From: Octopus sinensis
Taxonomy: Eukaryota
Length of the DNA: 64,000 nucleotides
Direction of reading: 5' to 3'
NCBI RefSeq assembly: GCF_006345805.1
Contig: NC_043014.1
Coordinates: 3,844,001-3,908,000, forward strand
Shown: piece by piece, positions 13,865 to 26,959 of the stretch
Layout of the letters: every line of letters begins with the position of its first letter
Position numbering within the stretch: position 1 is the stretch's first letter
Position numbers and translations under genes: made by a program
Notes under the pieces: model-generated
Told to the model about the DNA's origin: nothing
Seen by the model: the letters and a program-made list of their open reading frames with translations, nothing else
Database searches by the model: none

Positions 13865-14570
13865 CATACATACATACATACATACATACATGCATACATA
13901 CATACATGCATACATACATACATACATACATACAAACATACATACATGCATACATACATACATACATGCATACATACATGCATACATTCATGCATGCATA
14001 CATGCATACATACATGCATACATACATACATACATACATACTTACATGCATACATACATACATACTTACTTACATACATGCATACATACATACATGCATA
14101 CATACATACATACATACATACATACATACAAACATACATACATGCATACATACATGCATACATTCATGCATGCATACATGCATACATACATGCATACATA
14201 CATACATACATACATACTTACATGCATACATACATACATACTTACTTACATACATACATACATACATACTTGCATACATACATGCATACATGCATACATA
14301 CATGCATACATACATACATACATACATACTTACATGCATACATACATACATACTTACTTACATACATACATACATACATACTTGCATACATACATGCATA
14401 CATGCATACATACATATATACATACATACATGCATACATACATACATACATACATGCATACATGCATACATACATACATGCATACATACATACATACATA
14501 CATACATACATACATGCATACATACATACATACATACATACATACATACATACATACATACATGCATACA
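13865..14570. repeat. (TACA/TGCA)n microsatellite
   Basis: Direct inspection; counterpart at 61207-61820. Confidence 0.95.
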
Positions 14571-14906
14571 AAAATATCCTGTTCATGTTGTTGAAATTCC
14601 AATGAAAGATACTTGGAACTAAGTTAGAAGCCGTCTCTCTTTCTGTTGGCCAGAAATATTCTATTAAAACCGAATAATGACATTCATACATATTTTTAGC
14701 TAGTCATTATCACTAGCTTTGAATATTTTTCTTCTTGTTTTATAAATCATAGCAAAACATACAGGTACAGTGTCTCCCATTTGAAACTCAATTCGCAAGT
14801 GCACCTCCCGTATGTACTGCATATGTACGGCGGAATTCCATAGTTATGATAAAATTTTCTTTGATGAAGCATATTAGACCCCTCAGATATAGTTTGACCT
14901 AATTTA

Positions 14907-14946
<40 letters not shown>

Positions 14947-14954
14947 ATGTGTGC

Positions 14955-15023
<69 letters not shown>

Positions 15024-15479
15024 TGTGTGTGTAATACTCTCGGTTTGGCCCTCGAAATAAGGTGAATTTGAAATAAGCTACAAAATAAATCTTACATCCA
15101 TGTCAGATTTCAACAAAGTCCCATAATTTTTCCTATTGTAATGGCGGGTTGCGTATGCAGCTGCGCATGCTCTGTACAGCTTAAACACATGGCGGTCGTT
15201 TTAACTGTCTAATTATGCCGCTGAATCAAAAGATGAATTTGAAGATCTACCAGCGTCCGTATTCTCTGTAATTGTTTACGATTTACAACCAAGAAAATAT
15301 TTGTAATCTAGAGAAGCGAATGCAGATTTACCCATCAGACTAATAATAGTGGGATAGTAAACATTAATAATCTTTAATCTTTATTGCAGCTTGATGCTGT
15401 TAACCGAACCCTTCGTTTATCTGACAAATTTTCGACACACTCCAACATACTGTCATGAATCCTATTGGATATAACGTGA

Positions 15480-16200
15480 CGGTCACAACATCTCAGCCTT
15501 CTTACACACAGCATCCGTACTTGCCCTGACTATATTTGCTCTCTTTATTCTCACTTTTATGTGTGTTGTATTCGTTTCGCATGAAATGTATTCAGCTCCT
15601 AGGATCCATCCATTCTTCGGTTCTGGTATGTTTACGTAGATGAGTGAAAGGAATCGTCGTATTTGATGTTCTCTGCTGCTGAAATGAGGCAATTTTTCTG
15701 GTTGATTTCCTTTCTCATTCTTGTATATCAGCGGTTAGTGTATGATGTGAGTGTTCTGTGGATAGAGTTCCATTTTGTCATATTCTGTGGAGAGGTGGGA
15801 AGGTTGTGATTTAGATTTAGGTTGGGAGGACCAATATTTATTTCGAAAGTCTTTTGAAGGATTGATCGTGTAGTTTCCACATTCTCAGAAGTCTTTAAAC
15901 GAATAATTTGCGTTATATCTAAAAGAGATGATAAATAGGTTTTATAAGATATGAGGTAAGAATGGAACGGAAATCTTCCCTGATTAATAACAGCAAATAA
16001 AATGGTTTGTGTAGAAGTAACTGGTTGTTGTTGTTGAAGCGATCATGTGTTTTCTGTGCTAAATAATGTGATGGTTCATGGTCCTTTTCAGAATCCGAGG
16101 TGTAATTTGAAAACCAAGATGTCTGAGATAGTAGCGTCAAGTATTAGATTTTCTAAGGCTGTGAAAAACAAGCTGATATATTTCTATGTTGGTACTATAT
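15480..16200 (-). mobile_element. Highly decayed LINE RT remnant
   Basis: Minus-strand ALENLIL...HLGF*KG resembles RT domain 2 (LERLI...QHGFRK); weak. Confidence 0.35.
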
Positions 16201-16497
16201 TTAGGGTTTTCTGAATAATGAGACACGAGACAAAATACGGTTAACCGAAATAGCATTTTATTTTAACATTAATTTGATAAACTGAAATCTTACAAAATGT
16301 TCCGACAGATTTAGATTTTATTTCTCAGGATATTTCTGGCTTTCTACGTCGCCTCTTTTGTATGGTTTTCAATATCTTCTGATATACCAGTTTCTTTTAA
16401 CGATAGACATACTTGAATGAAAATATTAGGTAAACATTCATATCATTTCTTGTAATTCACAGACATATTTTTATATGGAACCGAATTTAATTTCTAT

Positions 16498-16997
16498 TCA
16501 ATGTTTACTGCACACAACGCAGGTTAATTCTTGACCATGGAAATACGGTGGACATGGCAATGAACCACAAGAAGCCTGAACGAAATATAATACAGCTCCA
16601 TTTTCGTTTTTGTAACCTGCTGGATCAGCTTCTGGTGCATAGTCCACACACACATATTCATGTCTGCCCTTATTACCAGAACCTTCGGTCATCAAATATC
16701 CTGAATACTCAATCGTCCAACCAGGGTAACACTTTGTCCTGGCTGGTAACATCATAACAACAGCAGGTTGTCGTGTCAAACAGACAGCGCATGGAACGTC
16801 GTGATCATGAAGCGATTTAGCGTTAGCAAAGGAAAAGAGTTTGTTAGTTGTGTAGTGTTCCAGTTGATATTCAGTGCCATGAATCCAACTTCCACCTTCA
16901 TGTTCTGTAGTATAATTGGCCCAAATGGGGTCGTTGGGTAGACATAAGAGATTACTTCCGCCACCTGCGTTGTCGAACCATTCTCCACCAGCCAAAC
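16498..16997 (-). CDS. Terminal exon 4 of short-chain collagen C4-like gene B (Cys-rich C4/NC1-like domain)
   Basis: ttctag acceptor, phase 1; GGGSNLLCLP, HDHDVPCAVC, CYPGWTIEYSGYLM, YVCVD, CGSLPCPPY..ELTCVVCSK motifs; TGA stop; AATAAA at 16257-16262 (-). Confidence 0.92.
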
Positions 16998-18749
16998 CTA
17001 GAAATAGTAAGAATAAATCAAATAAAAATCATATTAAGCAAAATAATATCTAAAATTACGGAAACATTCATTACAGTTTGACCCTTAAAAGGAGTCATAT
17101 TTAGTCGCGTGTGAACGAATTGTGGTGTATATATGTTAGTGTTTATGTTAGTGTAAGCTGTGTGTTGCTGTATGGGAGTGCGTATAAGTTCACAGCTGTG
17201 CGTTTCTCTTCTCTACATGTGTGTGTGTGTATGTGTTTACGTGTGTTTGTGTGTGCCTGTGTATTTGTGTACGTGCGTGCGTGTGCGTGTGTGTGTATGT
17301 GTGTATGTGTGCGTGTGTTTGTGTTTTTGCGTGTGTTTGTGTTTGTGTGTGTGTTTGTGTCTGTGTGTGTGTACGGGTAAGTATTTGTGGCTGTGATGTG
17401 TATTGCATGGGGTAGATGTTTGTGTGTGGATGTAAACAAACGGAGAAAGGAAAGGGATTTTGTTACTCTTGTGGTCGTGATTTCCCGAAATGGAAAAGAT
17501 GTCGTTCACGTTTGAACGGGAAAATTTTTGGTGATGGGAATTGCATGTGGTTTGAGTAGAACAATACGAGAGAAGATGAGATGCAAAGAACTGGTGGGTA
17601 AGAGGGGATGAAATACTGTTTAGCCGACCATAAGGGTGTGGCTAGCTATATCCATCGGTTTGTCTCGGACGAGTCAGGCCTACCACGAGACGGGGCTACC
17701 ACATACTATAATATTATGATCACACAGATTTTATTTCATGCAAAGCATGAACTGAGGTGGGGTGAATTTTGAAGCTCATTGATGGCGTAGTGCTTAAGAT
17801 GAATGGACAGCAGAGTGGGCGACCGATAAAGGATATGTGTAGGGTTTATAGAGAGCAGATTCACAAAGGATATGAGGTTGGTTAGAGAAGATGTGGGAAG
17901 CAGTAGCTTTGAATTGAATGTGCCGGTGTTACCTTACAAAGATATACTGGGCAATTAATGAGGGGAGGTGGCACATGGAAACAGAAAGGTTTGAGGGATA
18001 GGACGATTTCGGTAAGGCGGTGAAGAATACAAGTGCAATATGTACTCACTTGGGTTCTCTCAGTGGTACTTGGTCCCTCCATATTCTGCATAATAAATAC
18101 GGCCCTTAGTTAGCTTTGTCCATTAATTACAGTGTGTGGTTTGTCCAGTCCACATTGTACGTTCTGCGTTCCTTTCATTAACTATTTACAGTCACTGTCA
18201 TCAATTTTAATTAGACCTTGCTCAAATTAGTCTATAACAACAATCAACAGGCACTGTAGTTAATGTTAGTCAAGCTGCCATTCTTCACCTGTGGTCACAC
18301 TCGTACAATACCACCATCCGTAGCCAGTACAATTTATAACCAATTAGCAGGCTTGGTATTTGATATCTACACTCCATACAAGTCAGCCAGGAGTTCTTGA
18401 TCGCTATACTGGACTCCAGTCTAGTCCCTATCTATAATTTCAAGTACAGATATCTATATTCTGTGGTCAGACAACATCCTTTTCACCTGGTCAACTCTAG
18501 GCAACATTTAAAATTCTGATTTGACCAAATACCTACAAAGGAGTAAGCAGTCTTGTATAGTGTCTATAGGGTCTGTAGGTATCGTTTCAAACGTGATATG
18601 TCATCAGATGATCGTCTTGAGTGTGTGTGCGTGTGCGTGAGAGAAACGGCGACAGAGGGGGCGACACGAAGAGAAAATGAGAGGAATAAAAAGAGAAGAA
18701 GAGAAAGATGAAATGAGAAAGGGAGGAGAGAAATACAGAGTGTACTAAC

Positions 18750-18824
18750 CGTCATATACAAGGCTTGAATTAGTAGGACAAGTAGTTCTGCCCCACCGGG
18801 TATACAATGATCCGGGACCGGGTT
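18750..18824 (-). CDS. Exon 3 of gene B (PGPGSLYTRWGRTTCPTNSSLVYDG)
   Basis: ttcacag acceptor, gttagt donor, phase 1 to 1; YTRWGRTTCP..LVYDG is the family start motif; joins exon 4 in frame. Confidence 0.9.
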
Positions 18825-18899
18825 CTGTGAAATTAAAATGAAATAAAGTAATCAGGCCATCATAGCTACAATATGCAATAAAGCGAATCAGGCCATCAT

Positions 18900-20720
18900 A
18901 GCTACAATATGCAAAGGGCTCGAAGGAATAGCCATACCGCGTCATTCATCGAGTCGGATAACAGCATTTGCGTCCGGATCTTGGAAGGAGGAGTCCATTT
19001 AGGAAATATATTGCCGTCTCCACCCAACTCAATGTGGGATGCATGGGAAGGGATACAAAATATGCGTGTTCAGGAACCCCGAAGCAGGGCCAGAAGGGAT
19101 CAACAGTTCATAATTGAGAATTAGACTGTCAAAACCGGAGGAGATAAAACGCTATATCGGTGTCTCCTCAAGAAAGGTTCGTTACTTCGGAGGCGTACAC
19201 TTGGAAGTAAGTTGGAAACACCACCGTGCAGGTGTGCCAACAACTATGTCTGCACTGTCGGAAGTGGTATGCTCACATTCATTGGCTTTCAGATTGGATT
19301 ATGAAGTGAATCCCACTAGGTATTAAGGGATACCTCCTGAAGCTCAAGCAGAATGAAGGAGTGATGTAGCTGCTGGAAGTAAATGCACCCAATAGCGAGG
19401 GAAAATACAAATGCTTCCTCAACAAATTCACTGCAGCTTTGGATATATTTGGGGTAAAGTCATTTGTCTTACAAGGAGACTTCCGTGCACACTTTGGCGC
19501 TGATAAACGCAAGAAGTATTGATTGGGTGGAATGGCGTCACACACCTTAATGGGGTGGCCATACTAGTCTTCTGGCAGGAAACGGACGCTGTATGATATA
19601 GATATCGTTTTAAGACGGTTGTTTATAAGGGTACTTGGAATAGAAATGCTTAGTGACAGAGGTTCTTGATAGATGTTGTTGTCGTCTCAGTCAACTTTGA
19701 GTCTGTGCTGGACGTTCGGGGTAAAAGGAGTGGAGGGAGTTGTCAACTGACCACTACCAAGATGTCTGAAACCGGAAGATGCCTACAGTTGGGAGAACCT
19801 AGTAAATTGGTAAGACCAGTGCGACCTACAGAATAAAGTTGAAAGCAGTAGTGGATGATGGAATAAGAAAGAAAATTGTGGATAATATTGCATCCAAATT
19901 GAGAGAGACCCACATGAATAAACTTGGGCATCGAAATCAATTAGTGATTGTATTATTTTTGTCGAACTAAAGTCACTGAAAAGTGATAAAGCTGCTGGAG
20001 AGAAATACGTTCGTCTTGATAATTTAAAACCCTTAAATACACATGGTATTCCTTGAGTGACTCATGTATGCTAGGTGGAATGGGGCATCAGGGAAAACAC
20101 GAGGGCAATGTCAATCCGGGGTAATAATCGCAGATTTTTTTAAGACAAAGTCTACACTACATGTCTAGAATAGTTACGTTGGGAAATTGTCGCGTCCAGG
20201 ACTACTGTCCTGGATACAGTACACCCGACCAGAGATTCGTTCAAAGGCAGATCTTCGAGAAAACTTTGAAATATTTCCAAGGGGAATACGCTGTAGACCA
20301 CGTGCCGTGGGGCATGTTGCAGATGGTTTACCAGGAAGGTGAGATTATTGGGCAAATACCTTTTACCGTAAAATACTCGTACGGATGTCCAAATGTTTGT
20401 ATTTGTGCAAAAGCCGAATGTTTTCAACATGGAGTTTGGACTTCAATAGAAGAGCGCATTGTTAGTGCTTCTCACATTTCTTATGGTCTGGTTGAGCATG
20501 GTTCAGCCATTTTAGTAGAAGTATCTCATTTCGTCTGTAAGGGATCGGTCGACTGCTATTTGCAGACGACATGCTGCTATCTGACTCATGTCATGTTCAC
20601 TTTTGACATGCATTGAATGGGTTGGCTGCCGAGTGCTCCAAGGCAGGGATGACTAACACACACTCTGCAGGAAAGTGGAACATCGTTACTTCGGGAATCT
20701 ATTCACGAGTGATTGGAAGC
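18900..20720 (-). mobile_element. Decayed CR1/Jockey-like LINE remnant in intron 2
   Basis: Weak similarity to the post-RT region; paralogous copy at ~26960-28455. Confidence 0.45.
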
Positions 20721-20826
20721 ACAAGACTGAACAGATTGCTAGATTCTAGATATAAACGCATTGATGCGCTAGGTCGGGCATTCGATTCTCAGACGAACAA
20801 TGGTTGGTACACTTATCGACGTAGCG

Positions 20827-20862
<36 letters not shown>

Positions 20863-21164
20863 ATATACACACAATTAATGTCATAGTATAAAAGAGTAAA
20901 ATTTTATAAAGGAAATTATTGTAAAGTAAAATGTATTTTAAAAGAAATTTAGACTAGTGTCTTAGTATATATTACTGAAGAAATATGGATAGTGATGTAG
21001 ATTCAATTCAACTTTGGTGAAATTATAAATCGTTAAGGAGACACGGGTGAATGACTTTAGCTAAACACTGTAGAACTGGAAGCTGGATACTTTATAATAT
21101 TTAATCTCATTCCTGAACATTTCTTCAAAGTTATTGTCTTATACAATATAAAATTAGTTCTTAC

Positions 21165-21216
21165 TTGGGGTGTCATCAGGTTTATCGTCACAAGATTTCT
21201 TGGAGATGACACGGTT
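21165..21216 (-). CDS. 52-nt exon 2 of gene B (NRVISKKSCDDKPDDTP)
   Basis: ctttttccacag acceptor, gtaaga donor; phase 0 to 1 bridges exon 1 and exon 3; spliced CDS is 144+52+75+500 = 771 nt (256 aa plus stop). Confidence 0.8.
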
Positions 21217-22192
21217 CTGTGGAAAAAGAGAGAGTATTTATTATCGTTTAGAACTGAAAAGAATGCAATATATGACAACATTTTCGGACGGCATTTTATG
21301 AAGATGTGGGTGACGTCGACATTGTCCATTCCACCAAATCTATTATATCGTGTTACATCTTGGAGGTTTGCTGGAACTGCATGCCTTTCTGTGAATCTGG
21401 TATTTCATTATTTCATGCTTGTATATGGCAAAGCATACACATTACATAAACAGCTAATATCCCTGTTCATTGTCAAGAGTAGACTAAATTTGCTATCTAA
21501 AATCGCTGGTAGTTTGAAGATTACTAGAAACGTAGACTTGCGCATTCTGCTGACGTACAAGAAAGCCCGACGCCAACCTTTTATGTACGGCGTCCTAATC
21601 CGCAGTAGGACTTTTCCACTGCGTCCTTAGGAGAAACTGTCAAGGCAATAGGATGCAATATTTAGAAGTAGTTTGAATTGATGTAAAAGCTCTATTGCCT
21701 TGATATTGTTTAGTATAGTTATCCATCATGATCACTGAAGAGTCGGGTATTTCTAGCACTGGTGAATAATATTCCGGATTGAATCTCGAAGGTCAATATA
21801 TCATTTGGCATTCAATGGAATATCACAAAAGTTTGTAAGAAAAATGTTTGGGAACATATTGTAGGTTATAAATTGACTGCATACGAAAGGGATGAGAATT
21901 AGATATTTTGTACACGGGTGCTATATAAACTGGTTATTTACTCCTTAAATATAGTGCGTATATGTAGATGTATATATGTAAGTGTATAAAAATTTATATA
22001 TATATATATAATGTTTATACATATATATATACATATGTTTGTGTGTGCGTTTTTATATATAAGTGTGTTTCGCTCTTGCGTCTCATGTTCGATCTTTGAC
22101 TTCTGGCCGAAATCAGATCGCCATGTTGATTCGCTAGCTTTTGCACGCATATTTTTTTCTCTCCTTCTTTCTGTGTTTTTTTCCTCTGTGTA

Positions 22193-22230
22193 TCTTTCTG
22201 TTGAAGAGCGTAGGCTCGAAACGTTAAAGA
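22193..22230 (+). ncRNA. Minimal hammerhead-like motif with variant core
   Basis: TCTTT-CTGTTGA-A-GAGC.GTAG.GCTC-GAAACGTT-AAAGA: stems I and II perfect, palindromic stem III, but U at core position 6 and a GUU triplet. Confidence 0.45.
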
Positions 22231-22359
22231 CTTGTTTCATTTATATTTCCTGAGCACCATACTAATACAATTGTTTGTTTGTATTCCACCTGCTTTCGTC
22301 TTTTGTTTATTTCCGTAAACCTGCCTTCGTCTTTTGTCTATTTTCATAAAGCTTACCGT

Positions 22360-22564
<205 letters not shown>

Positions 22565-22577
22565 ACAGATATTTATA

Positions 22578-23144
22578 TTGGGTTGCCGAGAAAGTTCGTG
22601 CCGATTTTTAAAGGAAAATAAAGGGCCAATAAATACTTGCCATTGCATTTTTAAACAACCAAATATGAACCATTTTGTTGCACTATGCTTCTCCATCTTT
22701 CCTTTAACTTGAAAATACCCTCATTTCATAATTGCGGTGGTTTCATGGCAAAGAATTCATCGAGGTATCTTTTTACGTCATTCAAGGAATTGAAATTTTT
22801 ACCATTAACACTATTCTGCAGAGGCCTGAATATGTGGAAATCCGAAGGTGCAATATCTGGTGAATATGTTGGGATGGAGTAACACATGCCAGCCGAGCTG
22901 CAGCAATTTTTGTCTGGTTCCCAAAGCGTCAAGTGCCGAAAATGAACTTTCTTATCTTGCCTTTTCAAGTGTTACAAAATTAACACAGGTTATAGGAACA
23001 TAAACCTTCTTACACGAAAAGATAGCTTAAACTGCGCTCTAAATGGAGGTGGAGTTAAATTCTATTTTATGAACTCAACCATGTTCTAAAATAAGTCGAA
23101 ATTTAAGCAACCATATTTTAGCAATAAATTTCTGGACAACCGAA
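22578..23144 (-). mobile_element. Internally deleted mariner transposon
   Basis: TA-flanked imperfect TIRs TTGGGTTGCCGAGAAAGTT / AAATTTCTGGACAACCGAA; transposase motif YSPDIAPSDFHIFRPLQNSVNGKNF. Confidence 0.85.
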
Positions 23145-23175
23145 TAGATTGACAGGTATTTCTATATCAATCAAA

Positions 23176-23221
<46 letters not shown>

Positions 23222-23246
23222 GTATGTCTGTCTGTCTGTCTGTCTT

Positions 23247-23282
<36 letters not shown>

Positions 23283-23443
23283 AAAAAATTCACTTTACCA
23301 CGCACCGAACTTTTCAGAAATAGCAGCCAAAAATATGGCTATTTCTTCAACTGCAAATAAAAGTCTCCAGACAATGCATACTCAGAAAATAACTCACATA
23401 GGTATAAGGGAAAAACAATGAAAGATCACATCCATATACGATA

Positions 23444-23505
23444 CCCGAGGACAGTCTGTTTCTGGATTTGTGGGTAAAACGCCACTTTTCCTTCATCAGC
23501 TCAGA
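23444..23505 (-). ncRNA. Type I hammerhead ribozyme, unit 1
   Basis: Minus strand TCTGAG-CTGATGA-AGGA..GTGG..CCAC..TCCA-GAAACAG.A.CTG-TC-CTCGGG; predicted cleavage between 23450 and 23449. Confidence 0.8.
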
Positions 23506-24004
23506 GATTTCTTCTGATTTAGATTTGAAAATACTAAGAATCAAACATACCCGTCCGATATCTGTAACATCGGACAAACCATGCCAGACACCCAGTACTA
23601 GCGAATCCAAAATACGAATGAGATCTATTATTCTCCCTGTCCACCCACGTGAGTCATAGAGCATTACATTTCTACAGAGGTAAAAACTGTAGTTCAAATT
23701 CTTGGAGAGAAAAGCATTATATTGTCATCAAAAAAGGGGGTAGAATTAATTAATTGTTAATAAATTCGACCAAGCAGTATTCAGTATGTAAAGACCATTT
23801 ACGGTGTATTTGAAGTATTAATTTATAAAAATATGGTAAAGTAAAAAAATTCACTTTACCACACACCGAACTTTTCAGAAATAGCAGCCAAAAATATGGC
23901 TATTTCTTCAACTGCAAATAAAAGTCTCCAGACAATGCATACTCAGAAAATAACTCACATAGGTATAAGGGAAAAACAATGAAAGATCACATCCATATAC
24001 GATA

Positions 24005-24066
24005 CCCGAGGACAGTCTGTTTCTGGATTTGTGGGTAAAACGCCACTTTTCCTTCATCAGCTCAGA
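24005..24066 (-). ncRNA. Type I hammerhead ribozyme, unit 2
   Basis: Same motif as unit 1. Confidence 0.8.
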
Positions 24067-24564
24067 GATTTCTTCTGATTTAGATTTGAAAATACTAAGA
24101 ATCAAACATACCCGTCCGATATCTGTAACATCGGACAAACCATGCCAGACACCCAGTACTAGCGAATCCAAAAATACGAATGAGATCTATTATTCTCCCT
24201 GTCCACCCACGTGAGTCATAGAGCATTACATTTCTACAGAGGTAAAAACTGTAGTTCAAATTCTTGGAGAGAAAAGCATTATATTGTCATCAAAAAAGGG
24301 GGTAGAATTAATTAATTGTTAATAAATTCGACCAAGCAGTATTCAGTATGTAAAGACCATTTACGGTGTATTTGAAGTATTAATTTATAAAAATATGGTA
24401 AAGTAAAAAATTCACTTTACCACACACCGAACTTTTCAGAAATAGCAGCCAAAAATATGGCTATTTCTTCAACTGCAAATAAAAGTCTCCAGACAATGCA
24501 TACTCAGAAATAACTCACATAGGTATAAGGGAAAAACAATGAAAGATCACATCCATATACGATA

Positions 24565-24626
24565 CCCGAGGACAGTCTGTTTCTGGATTTGTGGGTAAAA
24601 CGCCACTTTTCCTTCATCAGCTCAGA
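24565..24626 (-). ncRNA. Type I hammerhead ribozyme, unit 3
   Basis: Same motif as unit 1. Confidence 0.8.
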
Positions 24627-25125
24627 GATTTCTTCTGATTTAGATTTGAAAATACTAAGAATCAAACATACCCGTCCGATATCTGTAACATCGGACAAAC
24701 CATGCCAGACACCCAGTACTAGCGAATCCAAAATACGAATGAGATCTATTATTCTCCCTGTCCACCCACGTGAGTCATAGAGCATTACATTTCTACAGAG
24801 GTAAAAACTGTAGTTCAAATTCTTGGAGAGAAAAGCATTATATTGTCATCAAAAAAGGGGGTAGAATTAATTAATTGTTAATAAATTCGACCAAGCAGTA
24901 TTCAGTATGTAAAGACCATTTACGGTGTATTTGAAGTATTAATTTATAAAAATATGGTAAAGTAAAAAAATTCACTTTACCACACACCGAACTTTTCAGA
25001 AATAGCAGCCAAAAATATGGCTATTTCTTCAACTGCAAATAAAAGTCTCCAGACAATGCATACTCAGAAAATAACTCACATAGGTATAAGGGAAAAACGA
25101 TGAAAGATCACATCCATATACGATA

Positions 25126-25187
25126 CCCGAGGACAGTCTGTTTCTGGATTTGTGGGTAAAACGCCACTTTTCCTTCATCAGCTCAGA
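25126..25187 (-). ncRNA. Type I hammerhead ribozyme, unit 4
   Basis: Same motif as unit 1. Confidence 0.8.
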
Positions 25188-26061
25188 GATTTCTTCTGAT
25201 TTAGATTTGAAAATACTAAGAATCAAACATACCCGTCCGATATCTGTAACATCGGACAAACCATGCCAGACACCCAGTACTAGCGAATCCAAAAATACGA
25301 ATGAGATCTATTATTCTCCCTGTCCACCCACGTGAGTCATAGAGCATTACATTTCTACAGAGGTAAAAACTGTAGTTCAAATTCTTGGAGAGAAAAGCAT
25401 TATATTGTCATCAAAAAAGGGGGTAGAATTAATTAATTGTTAATAAATTCGACCAAGCAGTATTCAGTATGTAAAGACCATTTACGGTGTATTTGAAGTA
25501 TTAATTTATAAAAATATGGTAAAGTAAAAAAATTCACTTTACCACACACCGAACTTTTCAGAAATAGCAGCCAAAAATATGGCTATTTCTTCAACTGCAA
25601 ATAAAAGTCTCCAGACAATGCATACTCAGAAAATAACTCACATAGGTATAAGGGAAAAACAATGAAAGATCACATCCATATACGATACCCGAGGACAGTC
25701 TGTTTCTGGATTTGTGGGTAAACGCCATACCATATTTTTATGAATTAATACTTCAAATACACCGTAAATGGTCTTTACATACTGAATACTGCTTGGTCGA
25801 ATTTATTAACAATTAATTAATTCTACCCCCTTTTTTGATGACAATATAATGCTTTTCTCTCCAAGAATTTGAACTACAGTTTTTACCTCTGTAGAAATGT
25901 AATGCTCTATGACTCACGTGGGTGGACAGGGAGAATAATAGATCTCATTCGTATTTTTGGATTCGCTAGTACTGGGTGTCTGGCATGGTTTGTCCGATGT
26001 TACAGATATCGGACGGGTATGTTTGATTCTTAGTATTTTCAAATCTAAATCAGAAGAAATC

Positions 26062-26123
26062 TCTGAGCTGATGAAGAAAAAGTGGCGTTTTACCCACAAA
26101 TCCAGAAACAGACTGTCCTCGGG
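26062..26123 (+). ncRNA. Type I hammerhead ribozyme in the inverted unit
   Basis: TCTGAGCTGATGAAGAAAAAGTGG...TCCAGAAACAGACTGTCCTCGGG; one G>A change weakens stem II. Confidence 0.7.
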
Positions 26124-26468
26124 TATCGTATATGGATGTGATCTTTCATTGTTTTTCCCTTATACCTATGTGAGTTATTTTCTGAGTATGCATTGTCTGG
26201 AGACTTTTATTTGCAGTTGAAGAAATAGCCATATTTTTGGCTGCTATTTCTGAAAAGTTCGGTGTGTGGTAAAGTGAATTTTTTTACTTTACCATATTTT
26301 TATAAATTAATACTTCAAATACACCGTAAATGGTCTTTACATACTGAATACTGCTTGGTCGAATTTATTAACAATTAATTAATTCTACCCCCTTTTTTGA
26401 TGACAATATCTATCTATCTAGGTATCTATCTCTATATATATCTATCTATCTATCTATCCATCTATCTA

Positions 26469-26527
<59 letters not shown>

Positions 26528-26540
26528 GGTCTGCTGTCTG

Positions 26541-26590
<50 letters not shown>

Positions 26591-26879
26591 CATCTATGTA
26601 ATCCATCTATCTATCTACCTACCTATCTATCTATCTGTCTCTCTGTCTGTCTATCCGCAAATCTATCAATCCATACACACACACATATTTACACACTCGC
26701 ACACATACACAATACATACACACATATTTACACACACTCACACATGCATAATACATACACACATATTTACACACACGCACACATACATAATACACACACA
26801 CATATTTACACACACGCACACACACATATTTACACACAAGCACACATACATACCTAAATAAATACATGCATACAGACAT

Positions 26880-26919
26880 ACATATGTTAAAAGAAAATCC
26901 ATGACTTACCGTTTTTGAT
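26880..26919 (-). pseudogene. Truncated exon-1 remnant (last 10 nt, GTAAGT donor and intron start)
   Basis: AAAATCCATGACTTACCGTTTTTGAT is identical to the exon-1 donor at ~39733-39758, then switches abruptly to LINE sequence. Confidence 0.75.
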
Positions 26920-26959
26920 GGGAGCACAATATTGACGGTCTCAGGACAACAAAGCAGAT

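Larger units (their letters stand above)
23282..26409. repeat. ~561-bp tandem array (4.4 direct units plus 1.2 inverted units) with one hammerhead ribozyme per unit
   Basis: Unit starts at 23282, 23843, 24405, 24964 and 25526; inversion at ~25728; flanked on both sides by (TCTA)n; units nearly identical. Confidence 0.95.

Noticed and set aside
23347-26220. Repeated 87-116 aa ORF in the 561-bp unit
   Set aside because: No recognisable domain; length varies with single-base indels between units; overlaps the ribozyme
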